From Bacteroidales bacterium UBA1402 (GTDB lineage: Bacteria; Bacteroidota; Bacteroidia; Bacteroidales; UBA1402), in contig DBQE01000021.1 of the NCBI GenBank assembly GCA_002305085.1, positions 68,831 through 132,830 of the forward strand: 64,000 bases of DNA. The letters run 5' to 3'. The position numbers were made by a program, and so were the translations under genes. The number at the start of each line of letters is the position of its first letter. Within the stretch, counting starts at the first letter, position 1. The notes beneath the pieces are model-generated. The model made no database searches. It was not told where the DNA came from and was given only the letters and a program-made list of their open reading frames with translations. Below, in pieces: positions 29,315 to 39,070 of the stretch.

Positions 29315-32152
29315 ATGAAAAAGATCTGCCTGTTATTCAGCTTTTGCGCCCTGTTTATTTATGCCGGAGCTCAAAGCCCCGTCCTTAAAATCGATGTCAA
29401 CGTGGACGAAGCCCGCAAAGAATCCGAAGTGAACGAACCGGGCTATACCCCCTGGAAAATAGGTAAAGGTATTATGAGCACATCAGCTACCTTCGAAGGG
29501 GTACAATTTACTCTTTCCTGTGTGGAAACGACCGGGGGACAATTGAGAGGCAGTTGGGCCAAAGTCATGGTACAAAGCCCGTACTTTGCCCGACTTACCT
29601 GCGACGGAGCCAATATCGACTACGGCTCGCAAACCATAGAGGCCGGAGGCAAACTCTTGCTCGAGATTGCCGGACTGCCTGTGGGAACACATACCATTCA
29701 GACCATGCACAATTCATGGGAAGATCCGGCAAGAAAAGCCCCTTCACCCATGAACGTTTACCTGGACAGCGTGCTGATACACGATTCGGTCAGCGTTACC
29801 AGCCGGGCGCCGGTCGCTTCGGAAGCCACCATCTTACTGACAGTGCTTCAAGTGACTGCCGAAGATCAAGTGGTACGTATGTTGTTCGAAGCCGTGACAT
29901 CCTTTACCCCTCCCGCAGGAGTAAATCCCCAATACAATGTATGGCTCAACGCCATCGAACTCAATACGGTAGAGATGAGCAAACTGGCTAAAAACCCCTG
30001 CCCCGTCGATGCCGATATGCACGTGGACGCCGACAGCGGGTCTCTGATATTAAGCTGGTCGCCAGCCTCGGCCAAGGTGGAGAAACATTACCTCTTTTTA
30101 GGTACCGACAAAGAACTGATCGAAAACGCCGACACCACCGATGCCGCCCTGTTGGCAGGCATCAAAGCCTGTGACGACACCACCTTTTTTCTGGCCGACC
30201 CCTACAGCATGAACACCTATTACTGGAGGGTGGACGAACTGGATCAGGACGGCATCCTGTCCAAAGGTAACGTCTGGAGCTTCCGCCCCAGGCAACTGGC
30301 CTTCCGCGGAGCCGAAGGCTATGGGCGTTTTGCCACCGGAGGACGAGGCGGTAAAGTGGTGTATGTGACCAATCTAAACGCCAGCGGACCGGGCAGCTTC
30401 CACGAGGCGGTAACCGACAAGAGTGGCCCCAAAACAGTGCTGTTCGCCGTTTCAGGCAGAATAGAGTTGGGCGGCCGCATCTTTATGAACGACTATCTTA
30501 CCGTGGCCGGACAAACCGCTCCGGGTAAAGGCATTTGCCTGAGCCGGGCCCCCGTCGGCTCCGGTCACGAAGCTATTACCCGTTTTATTCGTGTCCGACT
30601 GGGAGGAGGTGAAACGGCCGACGGCATGGGTATGGCCGGGAGCAACTTCAGCATTATAGATCATTGCTCCATAAGCTGGGCCATAGACGAAGTGTTCAGC
30701 TCTCGCAATGCCAAGAATATCACCCTGCAACGCAGCATGGTAACCGAAGCCCTGAACGTGGCAGGCCATAAAAATTACCCCGAAGGCAAAGCCCACGGTT
30801 TTGCCGGCACCGTCAGCGGCGACATCGGCACTATTCACCACAACCTGCTGGCCCACAACAACGGCCGCAACTGGAGTTTGGGCGGAGGCCTGGACGGCGC
30901 GGGCTATTATGCCGGGCGCATGGATATTTTCAATAACGTAGTGTACAATTGGGATGGTCGTACTACCGACGGTGGAGTACACGAGGCCAATTTTGTCAAT
31001 AATTACTACAAGAGAGGTCCCGCCGGGGGTACAACCACCATCTTTACCGCACAATTGGAAGGTTTGGGTAAAGGATCTCAAAGTTATTATTATGCAGGGA
31101 ACGTTCTTGAAAACAACAACGGCAGCTTTTTGTGCGACGGTACGGACAATAATTGCGGCCGGGCCCTGCAAGTTGCCAGCACCCAGGTGGTAGATTGGAC
31201 CGTATTTGTAGACGAGCCCTTCTTCCCCTCTTTTGCCACCGTCGAAACAGCCAAAGACGCCTACAAAAGCACTCTTAGCGATGTAGGTTGCACTATGCCT
31301 GTTTTTGACGCCCAGGATCAGCGAGTAGTTCGCGAAACCCTGAACGGCACCTATACCTATGTGGGCAGCAAGACCGGCAAAAAAGGCCTGATCGACAACG
31401 AAGCCGATGCCGGCGGTTTCGAAGATTACGGCAACGAAGTCATCGATCTTGATGTCTTCGATACCGACCGCGACGGACTGCCCAACTGGTGGGAAGAACT
31501 ACACGGCAGCAACCCGTATTCCGCCGAAGGCGATTTCTCCGATGCCAACGCCGACCCCGACAGGGACGGCTATACCGCCCTGGAAGATTACCTGGAATGG
31601 ATGTCGGTACCCCGTTATTATTTGCCCAAAAACAAGTCAATAGATATTGATCTGGCACCCTTTGCCATCGCTTATACCAAGAATCCCCAATTCAGTTTGG
31701 CTACGGCTACCGATCTGAGTCTTAACTTTTCGGGATCCACCGTTAACGTGGCACCTCAGGGCGATTATACCGGCATCCGCTATTTCGACTTTACTGTTAC
31801 CGACGCCGACAACAGCAGTATGACACGCCGCATCGGTGTTTACGTGCAGGAAGACACGGCCTCGGCCCTCTCTGCAACTCAACACAAAGAGATGGAATTC
31901 AAAGTCTATCCCAGCACTTTCAGCTCTGAACTCAACATCGAAACTCAGGCCGGCGAAAGCAAGGAAATCAACCTGATTTTACGCAATCTGAACGGACAGG
32001 AAATGCTCAGAGAACACTATTCCATCCATGCAGGTGCAGTCCGCCTCCAAATCAAGTGCCCGGCCGAATTGCCGGCACAAATGTATCTGTTGGAACTAAA
32101 CGACGCACAAACAGGAATGAAGTACGATGTGAAAAGAGTATTTAAAAAATAG
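29315..32152 (+). CDS. Multidomain pectate lyase (PL1, AEGYG...GGRGG subtype) with N-terminal unknown domain, Ig-like module, Asp-rich Ca-binding-like repeats and T9SS CTD
   Basis: Signal peptide. Core ...LAFRGAEGYGRFATGGRGGKVVYVTNLNASGPGSFHEAV..., ...TVAGQTAPGKGICL..., ...IIDHCSISWAIDE..., ...HHNLLAHNNGRNWSLGG.... ...DTDRDGLPNWWEELHGSNPYS...DPDRDGYTALEDYLEW. Confidence 0.8.
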   Translation: MKKICLLFSFCALFIYAGAQSPVLKIDVNVDEARKESEVNEPGYTPWKIGKGIMSTSATFEGVQFTLSCVETTGGQLRGSWAKVMVQSPYFARLTCDGANIDYGSQTIEAGGKLLLEIAGLPVGTHTIQTMHNSWEDPARKAPSPMNVYLDSVLIHDSVSVTSRAPVASEATILLTVLQVTAEDQVVRMLFEAVTSFTPPAGVNPQYNVWLNAIELNTVEMSKLAKNPCPVDADMHVDADSGSLILSWSPASAKVEKHYLFLGTDKELIENADTTDAALLAGIKACDDTTFFLADPYSMNTYYWRVDELDQDGILSKGNVWSFRPRQLAFRGAEGYGRFATGGRGGKVVYVTNLNASGPGSFHEAVTDKSGPKTVLFAVSGRIELGGRIFMNDYLTVAGQTAPGKGICLSRAPVGSGHEAITRFIRVRLGGGETADGMGMAGSNFSIIDHCSISWAIDEVFSSRNAKNITLQRSMVTEALNVAGHKNYPEGKAHGFAGTVSGDIGTIHHNLLAHNNGRNWSLGGGLDGAGYYAGRMDIFNNVVYNWDGRTTDGGVHEANFVNNYYKRGPAGGTTTIFTAQLEGLGKGSQSYYYAGNVLENNNGSFLCDGTDNNCGRALQVASTQVVDWTVFVDEPFFPSFATVETAKDAYKSTLSDVGCTMPVFDAQDQRVVRETLNGTYTYVGSKTGKKGLIDNEADAGGFEDYGNEVIDLDVFDTDRDGLPNWWEELHGSNPYSAEGDFSDANADPDRDGYTALEDYLEWMSVPRYYLPKNKSIDIDLAPFAIAYTKNPQFSLATATDLSLNFSGSTVNVAPQGDYTGIRYFDFTVTDADNSSMTRRIGVYVQEDTASALSATQHKEMEFKVYPSTFSSELNIETQAGESKEINLILRNLNGQEMLREHYSIHAGAVRLQIKCPAELPAQMYLLELNDAQTGMKYDVKRVFKK
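31892..32149 (+). other. T9SS C-terminal sorting domain
   Basis: MEFKVYPSTFSSELNIETQ...LILRNLNGQEM...AQMYLLELNDAQTGMKYDVKRVFKK. The KVYP-x...L-x-I start and the terminal G/Y-hydrophobic motif are typical of TIGR04183-like CTDs. Confidence 0.7.
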
Positions 32153-32237
32153 AACCGCTGCGCTTGCCAACTTAGCCCAGACTAAAGTTCCATTAGAATC
32201 ACCGATATAGAAACTATCTCATTTATAAAATTCAAGC

Positions 32238-35200
32238 ATGAAAAAAATCTTTTTATCCCTCAGTTTGCTTTTTTCGACTTTTGTGTTGTTTGCTCAGACA
32301 CCGGCTTTTCCCACTGCCGAAGGTTATGGAATGTGGGCGACCGGAGGTCGGGGAGGCCAAGTGGTAGAAGTAACCACACTCGAAGACAATCCTTCCAATC
32401 CTGTGGTGGGCAGCCTGCGCTGGGCAATGAAACAACACTCGGGTCAGCCGATAACCATCGTTTTCAGGGTCTCGGGTATTATAGACCTTAAGGGCAACGA
32501 TTTGAGAATGAAGAGAAACAATGTAACCATCGCGGGCCAAACCGCTCCGGGAGACGGCATTTGCATCAAAGGAGGTTGTGTCAACCTGGGAGGCAGCCGG
32601 AATTTAATTATACGCCATATCCGTTCCCGGGTGGGGGTACTCAACGATACCGTTTACAACCCGGAAGTCGCTCCCACCTCTGCCGATTTTATACCGGGAG
32701 CCAGCCTGAACATCGAGAACGGCGGTAATTTTATTGTAGACCACTGCTCCTTTGCCTGGTCTGCCGAAGAAAACGTCGGCTTTTACGATAACGACAACAC
32801 CACGGTGCAATGGTGTATTTTTGCCGAAGGGCTTTACGATGCCGGTCACGGCAAGGGAGCCCGCAGTTATGGTGCCGTGTTGGGAGGCAAAACAGCCAGC
32901 TACCACCACAATCTACTGGCACATAATTACAACCGTTCTCCGCGTTTCGGCGCCACCACCAAAAACGATGTGGTCATGTTGTTGGATTTTGTGAATAACG
33001 TAAATTACAACTTCGGCAAAAAGAACGCCTGCTACGGCGGCGACAACCGCCAGGGAAGTGCAGGACTGTTTCAATTGAATTTTGTAAACAATTACTACAA
33101 ACAAGGGCCGGCCTATCCCAACAACAGAACGGCTGTTTTTATCGGTGCCTCTTACAGTACCGAAACAGGTAGAAGTTATGGAAAATGGCATCTTTCGGGC
33201 AATTACATCGAGGGTTCGACCAATGCGGCGCTGAATGCAGACAACTATAGAGGATTGGATATCAGCGCTTATACAGAGGCCGTTCCAAGTATCACTATGG
33301 CCACCATGAAGTCGGATCATATCCCCGTGCCCTATCCTATCGAAACGGAATCGGCTCATGAGGCTTATAGCAGCGTTTTGAGAGGCGTTGGGGCTTTCCC
33401 CCGCGATACCGTGGACAGACGTATTATTCACGAAGTCACCACCTGCACGGCTTCTGCCCACGGCACCTTCAACAATCACCGGGTTTGCGGTATTATAAAT
33501 AAACCTTCCGATGCCGGGGGTTATCCGGTTTACAACACCTACAATCAGGTACAAGACGAGGACCACGACGGTATGGCCGACGACTGGGAACTCGCCAATG
33601 GCCTGGATCCTTCGAATCCCGACGACCGCAACCTGATTCTGAAAAGCGGATATACGGCTTTGGATGCCTACTTGTGCAGCCTGGTCGGCGAAGACATTCC
33701 CGTGGAAACAGCCAAGCCCTATGATATTGTTGTAGCCAAAGACGGCAGCGGTGATTTTACCAGCATCAATGCGGCTATCGAAACCGTTCCCGAAAACGCC
33801 GGCCGCAAAACCATTTTTGTTAAAAAGGGAGTTTACGAAGAGAAAGTATTTATCGGTAATCGCTGGCAGGACTCAAGAAAAGTAATCAGCTTGATTGGCG
33901 AAAATGTTGACAGCGTGGTGATTGTGTGGGAAGATTACCACGGTAAAACCATCACCTACCCGGGTAGAGAGGGTACGATTGTAGCCGACGGCATGACGGC
34001 TGCCACCTTTACGGTGACCGCCCCCGATTTCTACATGGAAAACATTACCGTCAAAAATCCCAGCAAGGCAGCACAGGCCGAAGCCATTTATCAAAGCGGA
34101 GACAGACAGGTATTGAAGAATTGTAAGATTCTCGGTAATCAGGATACACACCGCACCAAAAAAGGAAGGCGGTATTTTTACTATCAATGTACCATTGAGG
34201 GAGGAGTCGATTTTATTTACGCCGGCGGCACCTGTTATTTTTATCAATGCAAGATCGTGAGCAACCGGAATGGTTACATTACGGCACCCGAAGATATTGT
34301 ATATACCGCAAGACTGAGCAACGGTAAAATCCTGTACTACGGATTTATATTTAACGACTGCGACCTCTTGGCCAAAGACGGAGCAAACGACGTTTATCTG
34401 GGACGTCCCTGGTCTTCAGAATCGGGCAGTATTTTTATGAATTGCCGCCTGGGCAGCCATATCAATCGGGCCGGCTGGAATGCCTGGGGCGGGAACGAAC
34501 AAAATTGCTCGTTTGCCGAATACAAAAGCCTTAATGCCGACGGATCGGCCCTTGCCGACGTTTCCGGAAGAGTGTCGTGGAGTATGCAGCTGAGCGACAA
34601 AGACCGTTATAATTTACTGGGAATGAACACCATCTACCGGGCTGTTTCATCGAGCGCTTTTGATCCGGTCTCGCAATTCCTCCCTTTCTCCGGCCCCAAA
34701 TCTCTGACAGTCAGCAACAGAAAACTAAGTTGGACGGCCGTCGAAAACGCGGTGGGTTATGTGGTCTACGCCAACGATGCCGCCATAGACTTTGCCGAAA
34801 CAAACAGTTATTACGATCTTGTTGACCGGGGAACGGTCAATTACAAAGTGAAAGCCATCGCCGGAAACGGCCGGCTGAGTACTTTCAACGGACTGGCCGG
34901 CGGAGTGACGGTAAATGAACTGGATTCGCTGCTGAATCCCAAACACTGGGTAAATATATCCACCTCGGTAGCTCCCGATTCTGCAGGAGTGATTCTGCAG
35001 GAGCCATCTGCAAAACAGCATCTTGCGGGCACACAGATAACACTTAGCGCTCAACGCAGATACGGCTATACATTTATAAAGTGGATCAACGCAAACAACG
35101 AAGTTCTCTCGGAAGAAGAAAGCTTTGTACTTACGCTGGACAAAGACGAACAAGTGACGGCTGTTTTCGAAAAGCTTCCTTTGTATTCCCTGAATTGCTC

Positions 35201-36191
35201 GGTAATTGGCGGACCACAGGAACTGATTCAACTCTGTGGTTCCGATACGGTAATCGACGGCGTCACTTATTATGAAGCCGGCACAGAAGTCACTTTGAGC
35301 GTTGTTGATCACCCACTCTTCCGTCTCGACTCTTGGGAAGATGCCTCCACCGACTCGGTTCGCATCATCACCATGAACGAAAATAAAAACCTCACGGCAC
35401 GTTTTCGTTTACACCCCTTTATTGTAGCCTGGACGTTCAGAATGCCCGGAAATTCCTCTTATAGCTCCGATTATTGCAGCGACGAAAACAATATAGGAGA
35501 ATTTAACCTCCGTGATCAACAGGGGAATACGGCCGATTGGTTGAATTATTCCCTTTTGGAGGGTGGTTACCTGGGCCGTTCGGCTGTGCTGAACGGAAAC
35601 GCCTTGAACGATCGCTATTATTACGAAGCGAGCTTTTCGACCAAAGGCCACTCGGATATCGTATTACGATCGTCCATGGCCGTAGATTCCAACGGCTACT
35701 CTGTCCAAAAAGCAGAATATTCCACAGACAACGGAGCAAGCTTCGAAACGCTGGGAGTTATCGATATTGATTCAACAAAAAGCTGGAAAAACAGCGTCCT
35801 GCCTTTACCCGAAAATGCCTGGGATCAAGATTTGGTGCATATCCGCTGGATACCCGATTATACCTCCGAAATACATGGAGACCCCCAGGGAACGGACGGC
35901 ACAGCCATAACGGATATTTACGTCTTGCTGCAAGAGAAAGATGCCCTGCCCAAGGTAAGCGGAAGAATTCCCCTAAAGGTCTGGACTGACGGCAACAAAC
36001 TGGTTTATTTGCAAAGCGGGCAGCCCGTTCGTGTCGTCAATGTGTTTGACATGACCGGTCGCTGTGTTGTCCGGCTTTCCGGCGAGGAAATCCGGTCGGT
36101 AAATTTATCCGCTCTCTCCAGAGGCATGTATGTATTGGCAGCTTACAACGAAATCAACGAGATGGCTGTTGCCAAGATCATTTTGAGGTAA
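32238..36191 (+). CDS. Fusion enzyme: PL1 pectate lyase + CE8 pectin methylesterase + Fn3/InlB-B-like repeats + unknown beta-sandwich + T9SS CTD
   Basis: PL1: FPTAEGYGMWATGGRGGQVVEVTTLED..., TIAGQTAPGDGICI, VDHCSFAWSAEE, HHNLLAHNYNRSPRFG, DEDHDGMADDWELANGLDPSNPDD. CE8: YDIVVAKDGSGDFTSINAAI, QAEAIYQSGDRQV, GNQDTH, VDFIYAGG, YLGRPW. Then ...GYTFIKWINANNE... repeats. Confidence 0.85.
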   Translation: MKKIFLSLSLLFSTFVLFAQTPAFPTAEGYGMWATGGRGGQVVEVTTLEDNPSNPVVGSLRWAMKQHSGQPITIVFRVSGIIDLKGNDLRMKRNNVTIAGQTAPGDGICIKGGCVNLGGSRNLIIRHIRSRVGVLNDTVYNPEVAPTSADFIPGASLNIENGGNFIVDHCSFAWSAEENVGFYDNDNTTVQWCIFAEGLYDAGHGKGARSYGAVLGGKTASYHHNLLAHNYNRSPRFGATTKNDVVMLLDFVNNVNYNFGKKNACYGGDNRQGSAGLFQLNFVNNYYKQGPAYPNNRTAVFIGASYSTETGRSYGKWHLSGNYIEGSTNAALNADNYRGLDISAYTEAVPSITMATMKSDHIPVPYPIETESAHEAYSSVLRGVGAFPRDTVDRRIIHEVTTCTASAHGTFNNHRVCGIINKPSDAGGYPVYNTYNQVQDEDHDGMADDWELANGLDPSNPDDRNLILKSGYTALDAYLCSLVGEDIPVETAKPYDIVVAKDGSGDFTSINAAIETVPENAGRKTIFVKKGVYEEKVFIGNRWQDSRKVISLIGENVDSVVIVWEDYHGKTITYPGREGTIVADGMTAATFTVTAPDFYMENITVKNPSKAAQAEAIYQSGDRQVLKNCKILGNQDTHRTKKGRRYFYYQCTIEGGVDFIYAGGTCYFYQCKIVSNRNGYITAPEDIVYTARLSNGKILYYGFIFNDCDLLAKDGANDVYLGRPWSSESGSIFMNCRLGSHINRAGWNAWGGNEQNCSFAEYKSLNADGSALADVSGRVSWSMQLSDKDRYNLLGMNTIYRAVSSSAFDPVSQFLPFSGPKSLTVSNRKLSWTAVENAVGYVVYANDAAIDFAETNSYYDLVDRGTVNYKVKAIAGNGRLSTFNGLAGGVTVNELDSLLNPKHWVNISTSVAPDSAGVILQEPSAKQHLAGTQITLSAQRRYGYTFIKWINANNEVLSEEESFVLTLDKDEQVTAVFEKLPLYSLNCSVIGGPQELIQLCGSDTVIDGVTYYEAGTEVTLSVVDHPLFRLDSWEDASTDSVRIITMNENKNLTARFRLHPFIVAWTFRMPGNSSYSSDYCSDENNIGEFNLRDQQGNTADWLNYSLLEGGYLGRSAVLNGNALNDRYYYEASFSTKGHSDIVLRSSMAVDSNGYSVQKAEYSTDNGASFETLGVIDIDSTKSWKNSVLPLPENAWDQDLVHIRWIPDYTSEIHGDPQGTDGTAITDIYVLLQEKDALPKVSGRIPLKVWTDGNKLVYLQSGQPVRVVNVFDMTGRCVVRLSGEEIRSVNLSALSRGMYVLAAYNEINEMAVAKIILR
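36000..36188 (+). other. T9SS C-terminal sorting domain
   Basis: LVYLQSGQPVRVVNVFDMTGRCVVRLSGEEIRSVNLSALSRGMYVLAAYNEINEMAVAKIILR is a CTD-like length and pattern at the extreme C-terminus. Confidence 0.6.
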
Positions 36192-36258
36192 TTTTCAACA
36201 CTATACGCTAACATTAAGCCGGACTTATCTTGTCAGGGTAATTTTCAAGTCACTTATA

Positions 36259-37548
36259 ATGAGATCTTTTTTATTTACCATAGTCGTTTCTTTTATCCTA
36301 TCCTTGCCCGTTTGCTCTCAACCATTGGCATTTCCGGGTGCGGAAGGATATGGTGCTCAGACCCTGGGCGGACGCGGAGGCGCGGTTCTTTTTGTAAGCA
36401 ATCTGAACGACAGCGGCCCCGGCAGCCTCCGTCAGGCTGTTGAACAGGAAGGGCCGCGTACGGTTATTTTCAATGTTTCGGGCACTATCGAACTTGAAAG
36501 CGATCTGACTATCGGCAATCCTTACCTGACTATTGCCGGACAAACAGCTCCCGGCGACGGCATCACACTGAAAAATTATAAAATCAAGCTGGCTGCCGAT
36601 CACGTAATTCTTCGCTATTTGCGAGTGAGGCGCGGCAACCTGTCCGAAAAACAAGACGACGCCATCACCATTCAGAACGCCGAAAACGTTATAGTTGACC
36701 ATTGTTCGTTTAGCTGGGGCACCGACGAAGTGGTCAACACATGGCATGGTTCCAAAAACTTAAGCCTTCAGTGGTGCATCATAGCCGAAGGTCTGCACCA
36801 CAAAGAACACGGATTTGCAGCAACACTGGGTGGCATAAATACTTCCTATCACCATAATCTTATCGCCAATTGCCCGGGACGGAATCCCAGCGTAGGGGGT
36901 AACCACAACTATCAAACCCATCGTATGGATTTCCGTAACAACGTTATCTTCAATTTCGGCCACCGAACCTTCGACGGCAAACCAAGCAGCATCAACATCG
37001 TCAACAATTACTTCAAACCCGGACCCAACAGCAGCATCGATGTGTTCGCCCGGATAGACGAAGCCGGTGTTTACAAAGAAATACCGGAAAGTTCCTGGTA
37101 TATCGAAGGTAATGTATGGGAGGGCAACGAAAGCATTTCACGCGACAACAGCCTTGGAGTGAAAGGCGCTACTCAATGGATGGTAGACCAACCAAATGAA
37201 TTCTCGGCTATAACTACGGAACAGGCCGAAGCAGCTTATTTATCTGTTTTAGCGGGAGCCGGAGCCTGTTTTCCCAAAAGAGATGGCGTCGATTTGAGAA
37301 TTCTCGAGGAAGCCCGCACCGGCAACACCACCTATAACAAGGGTGTGGTGATGTCCACTTCGGAAGTGGGCGGGTGGCCTGTGTTGAATAGCCTCCCCGC
37401 CCCCGCAGACAGCGATCGCGACGGCATGCCCGACGAATGGGAAACCAAACACGGACTTGACCCCTCAAACCCCGAAGACCGGAACACAACAAACGCAGAA
37501 GGCTACACCATGCTGGAGCAATATTTGAACAGTTTGGTTCAAAACTGA
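36259..37548 (+). CDS. Pectate lyase, PL1 (AEGYG...GGRGG subtype), single catalytic module, no CTD
   Basis: Signal peptide. FPGAEGYGAQTLGGRGGAVLFVSNLNDSGPGSLRQAV, TIAGQTAPGDGITL, VDHCSFSWGTDE, YHHNLIANCPGRNPSVGG. C-terminal DSDRDGMPDEWETKHGLDPSNPEDRN...GYTMLEQYLN. Confidence 0.85.
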   Translation: MRSFLFTIVVSFILSLPVCSQPLAFPGAEGYGAQTLGGRGGAVLFVSNLNDSGPGSLRQAVEQEGPRTVIFNVSGTIELESDLTIGNPYLTIAGQTAPGDGITLKNYKIKLAADHVILRYLRVRRGNLSEKQDDAITIQNAENVIVDHCSFSWGTDEVVNTWHGSKNLSLQWCIIAEGLHHKEHGFAATLGGINTSYHHNLIANCPGRNPSVGGNHNYQTHRMDFRNNVIFNFGHRTFDGKPSSINIVNNYFKPGPNSSIDVFARIDEAGVYKEIPESSWYIEGNVWEGNESISRDNSLGVKGATQWMVDQPNEFSAITTEQAEAAYLSVLAGAGACFPKRDGVDLRILEEARTGNTTYNKGVVMSTSEVGGWPVLNSLPAPADSDRDGMPDEWETKHGLDPSNPEDRNTTNAEGYTMLEQYLNSLVQN

Positions 37549-37580
37549 TTTGAGTTTTTCGACTCACTTTATACTTTTAT

Positions 37581-37588
37581 TACATTTG
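37581..37588 (+). promoter_or_regulatory. Candidate -7 promoter box (TACATTTG) upstream of the GH29 gene
   Basis: TAnnTTTG match 41 nt upstream of the ATG at 37629. Confidence 0.35.
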
Positions 37589-37628
37589 CAGTTTCCAACA
37601 AAACTGATATAATCCATTTATTTAGACG

Positions 37629-39005
37629 ATGAAAAAGATCATAATCCTTGTTTGTTTATGTATGGCTTTTTTAAGTGCCAATGCGCAACAGAAAAAAATC
37701 TGGAACGAAAGCCCGAAAGAAAAAAAAGAACGTCTTGCCTGGTGGACCAACGACCGCTTTGGCTTGTTTATCCATTGGGGGCCCTACTCTCTGGCCGCTC
37801 GTCATGAATGGGTAAAAAAACGGGAACAAATGGACGACAAAAGCTATCAAAAATACGTCGACCATTTCAATCCCGATCTGTACCAGCCCCGGGAATGGGC
37901 CAAATTGGCCAAAACGGCAGGCATGAAATACGCAGTACTCACCTCGAAACACCACGACGGTTTTGCCATGTTCGACACTAAATTCAGCGATTATAAAATC
38001 ACCAACACACTTTACGGCAAAGATGCTCTAAAAGAATGGGTTGAAGCCTTCCGCGAAGAAGGGCTGAAAATCGGGTTTTATTATTCCCTGCTCGATTGGC
38101 ATCATCCCGAGTACACCATAGATGTCAAACATCCTCAAAGCCCTGAAAACAAGGAAGACTACGAACGACTCAACCGCGGCCGCGACATGTCTGTTTACCG
38201 CGAGTTCCTCAAAAACCAGGTAACAGAGCTATTGACAAATTACGGTAAAATTGATCTCTTGTTTCTGGATTTTTCTTTCCCCGAAGAAGAATTCGGCAAG
38301 GGATGTGAGGATTGGGGCTCAGTCGAACTCATGCAACTGGTTCGCAAACTTCAACCCTGGATAATAGTAAACGACCGTATGGATTTGAGCGATTATTGGG
38401 GAGGATGGGACTTTGCCACTCCCGAGCAACATAAGGTAGATAAATGGCCTACCTACAAGGGAGAAAAGATTCCCTGGGAAACCTGCCAGACTTTCAGTGG
38501 GTCCTGGGGCTACTACCGAGATGAATTAACCTGGAAAGACAACAAACAATTGCTGGTGCTTCTGATAGAATCGGTAAGCAAAGGAGGCAATCTTTTATTG
38601 AACGTAGGCCCTACCGGTAGAGGAACCATCGACTATCGGGCAGAAAACGCCCTGCTAAAAATCGGAGACTGGATGAAATACAACGCCCGTTCCATTTACG
38701 GCTGTACCCAGGCTCCCGATTCTTTTGAGACTCCGGAGAACACCTTATTGACTTATAATCCCACGACCAACAGACTCTACGTTCATTTACTCGATTATCC
38801 CCTGCGCAATATCACCTTGAAGGGAATGAAAGGGAAAGTCAACTACCTGCAATTCCTGCACGATGCCTCTGAAATTAAAATATCCACTTCAAAAGGATTC
38901 ATAGCCATCGATCAGGGAAGCACGGAAGACAACGATTTGAGGTTGAGCCTGCCTGTTAATAAACCACCCATTGAGATTCCCGTAATAGAGCTCTTTTTGA
39001 ACTAA
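37629..39005 (+). CDS. Alpha-L-fucosidase, GH29
   Basis: Signal peptide. ...WWTNDRFGLFIHWGPYSLAARHEW..., ...AGMKYAVLTSKHHDGFAMFDT..., ...GNLLLNVGPTGRG... are GH29 motifs. Confidence 0.9.
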   Translation: MKKIIILVCLCMAFLSANAQQKKIWNESPKEKKERLAWWTNDRFGLFIHWGPYSLAARHEWVKKREQMDDKSYQKYVDHFNPDLYQPREWAKLAKTAGMKYAVLTSKHHDGFAMFDTKFSDYKITNTLYGKDALKEWVEAFREEGLKIGFYYSLLDWHHPEYTIDVKHPQSPENKEDYERLNRGRDMSVYREFLKNQVTELLTNYGKIDLLFLDFSFPEEEFGKGCEDWGSVELMQLVRKLQPWIIVNDRMDLSDYWGGWDFATPEQHKVDKWPTYKGEKIPWETCQTFSGSWGYYRDELTWKDNKQLLVLLIESVSKGGNLLLNVGPTGRGTIDYRAENALLKIGDWMKYNARSIYGCTQAPDSFETPENTLLTYNPTTNRLYVHLLDYPLRNITLKGMKGKVNYLQFLHDASEIKISTSKGFIAIDQGSTEDNDLRLSLPVNKPPIEIPVIELFLN

Positions 39006-39070
39006 GGCACCTCCTGCCGGAAGATTTGAGACAACTCCGGTGGCATCGATTCCGGCAAAACTTATTTGGC

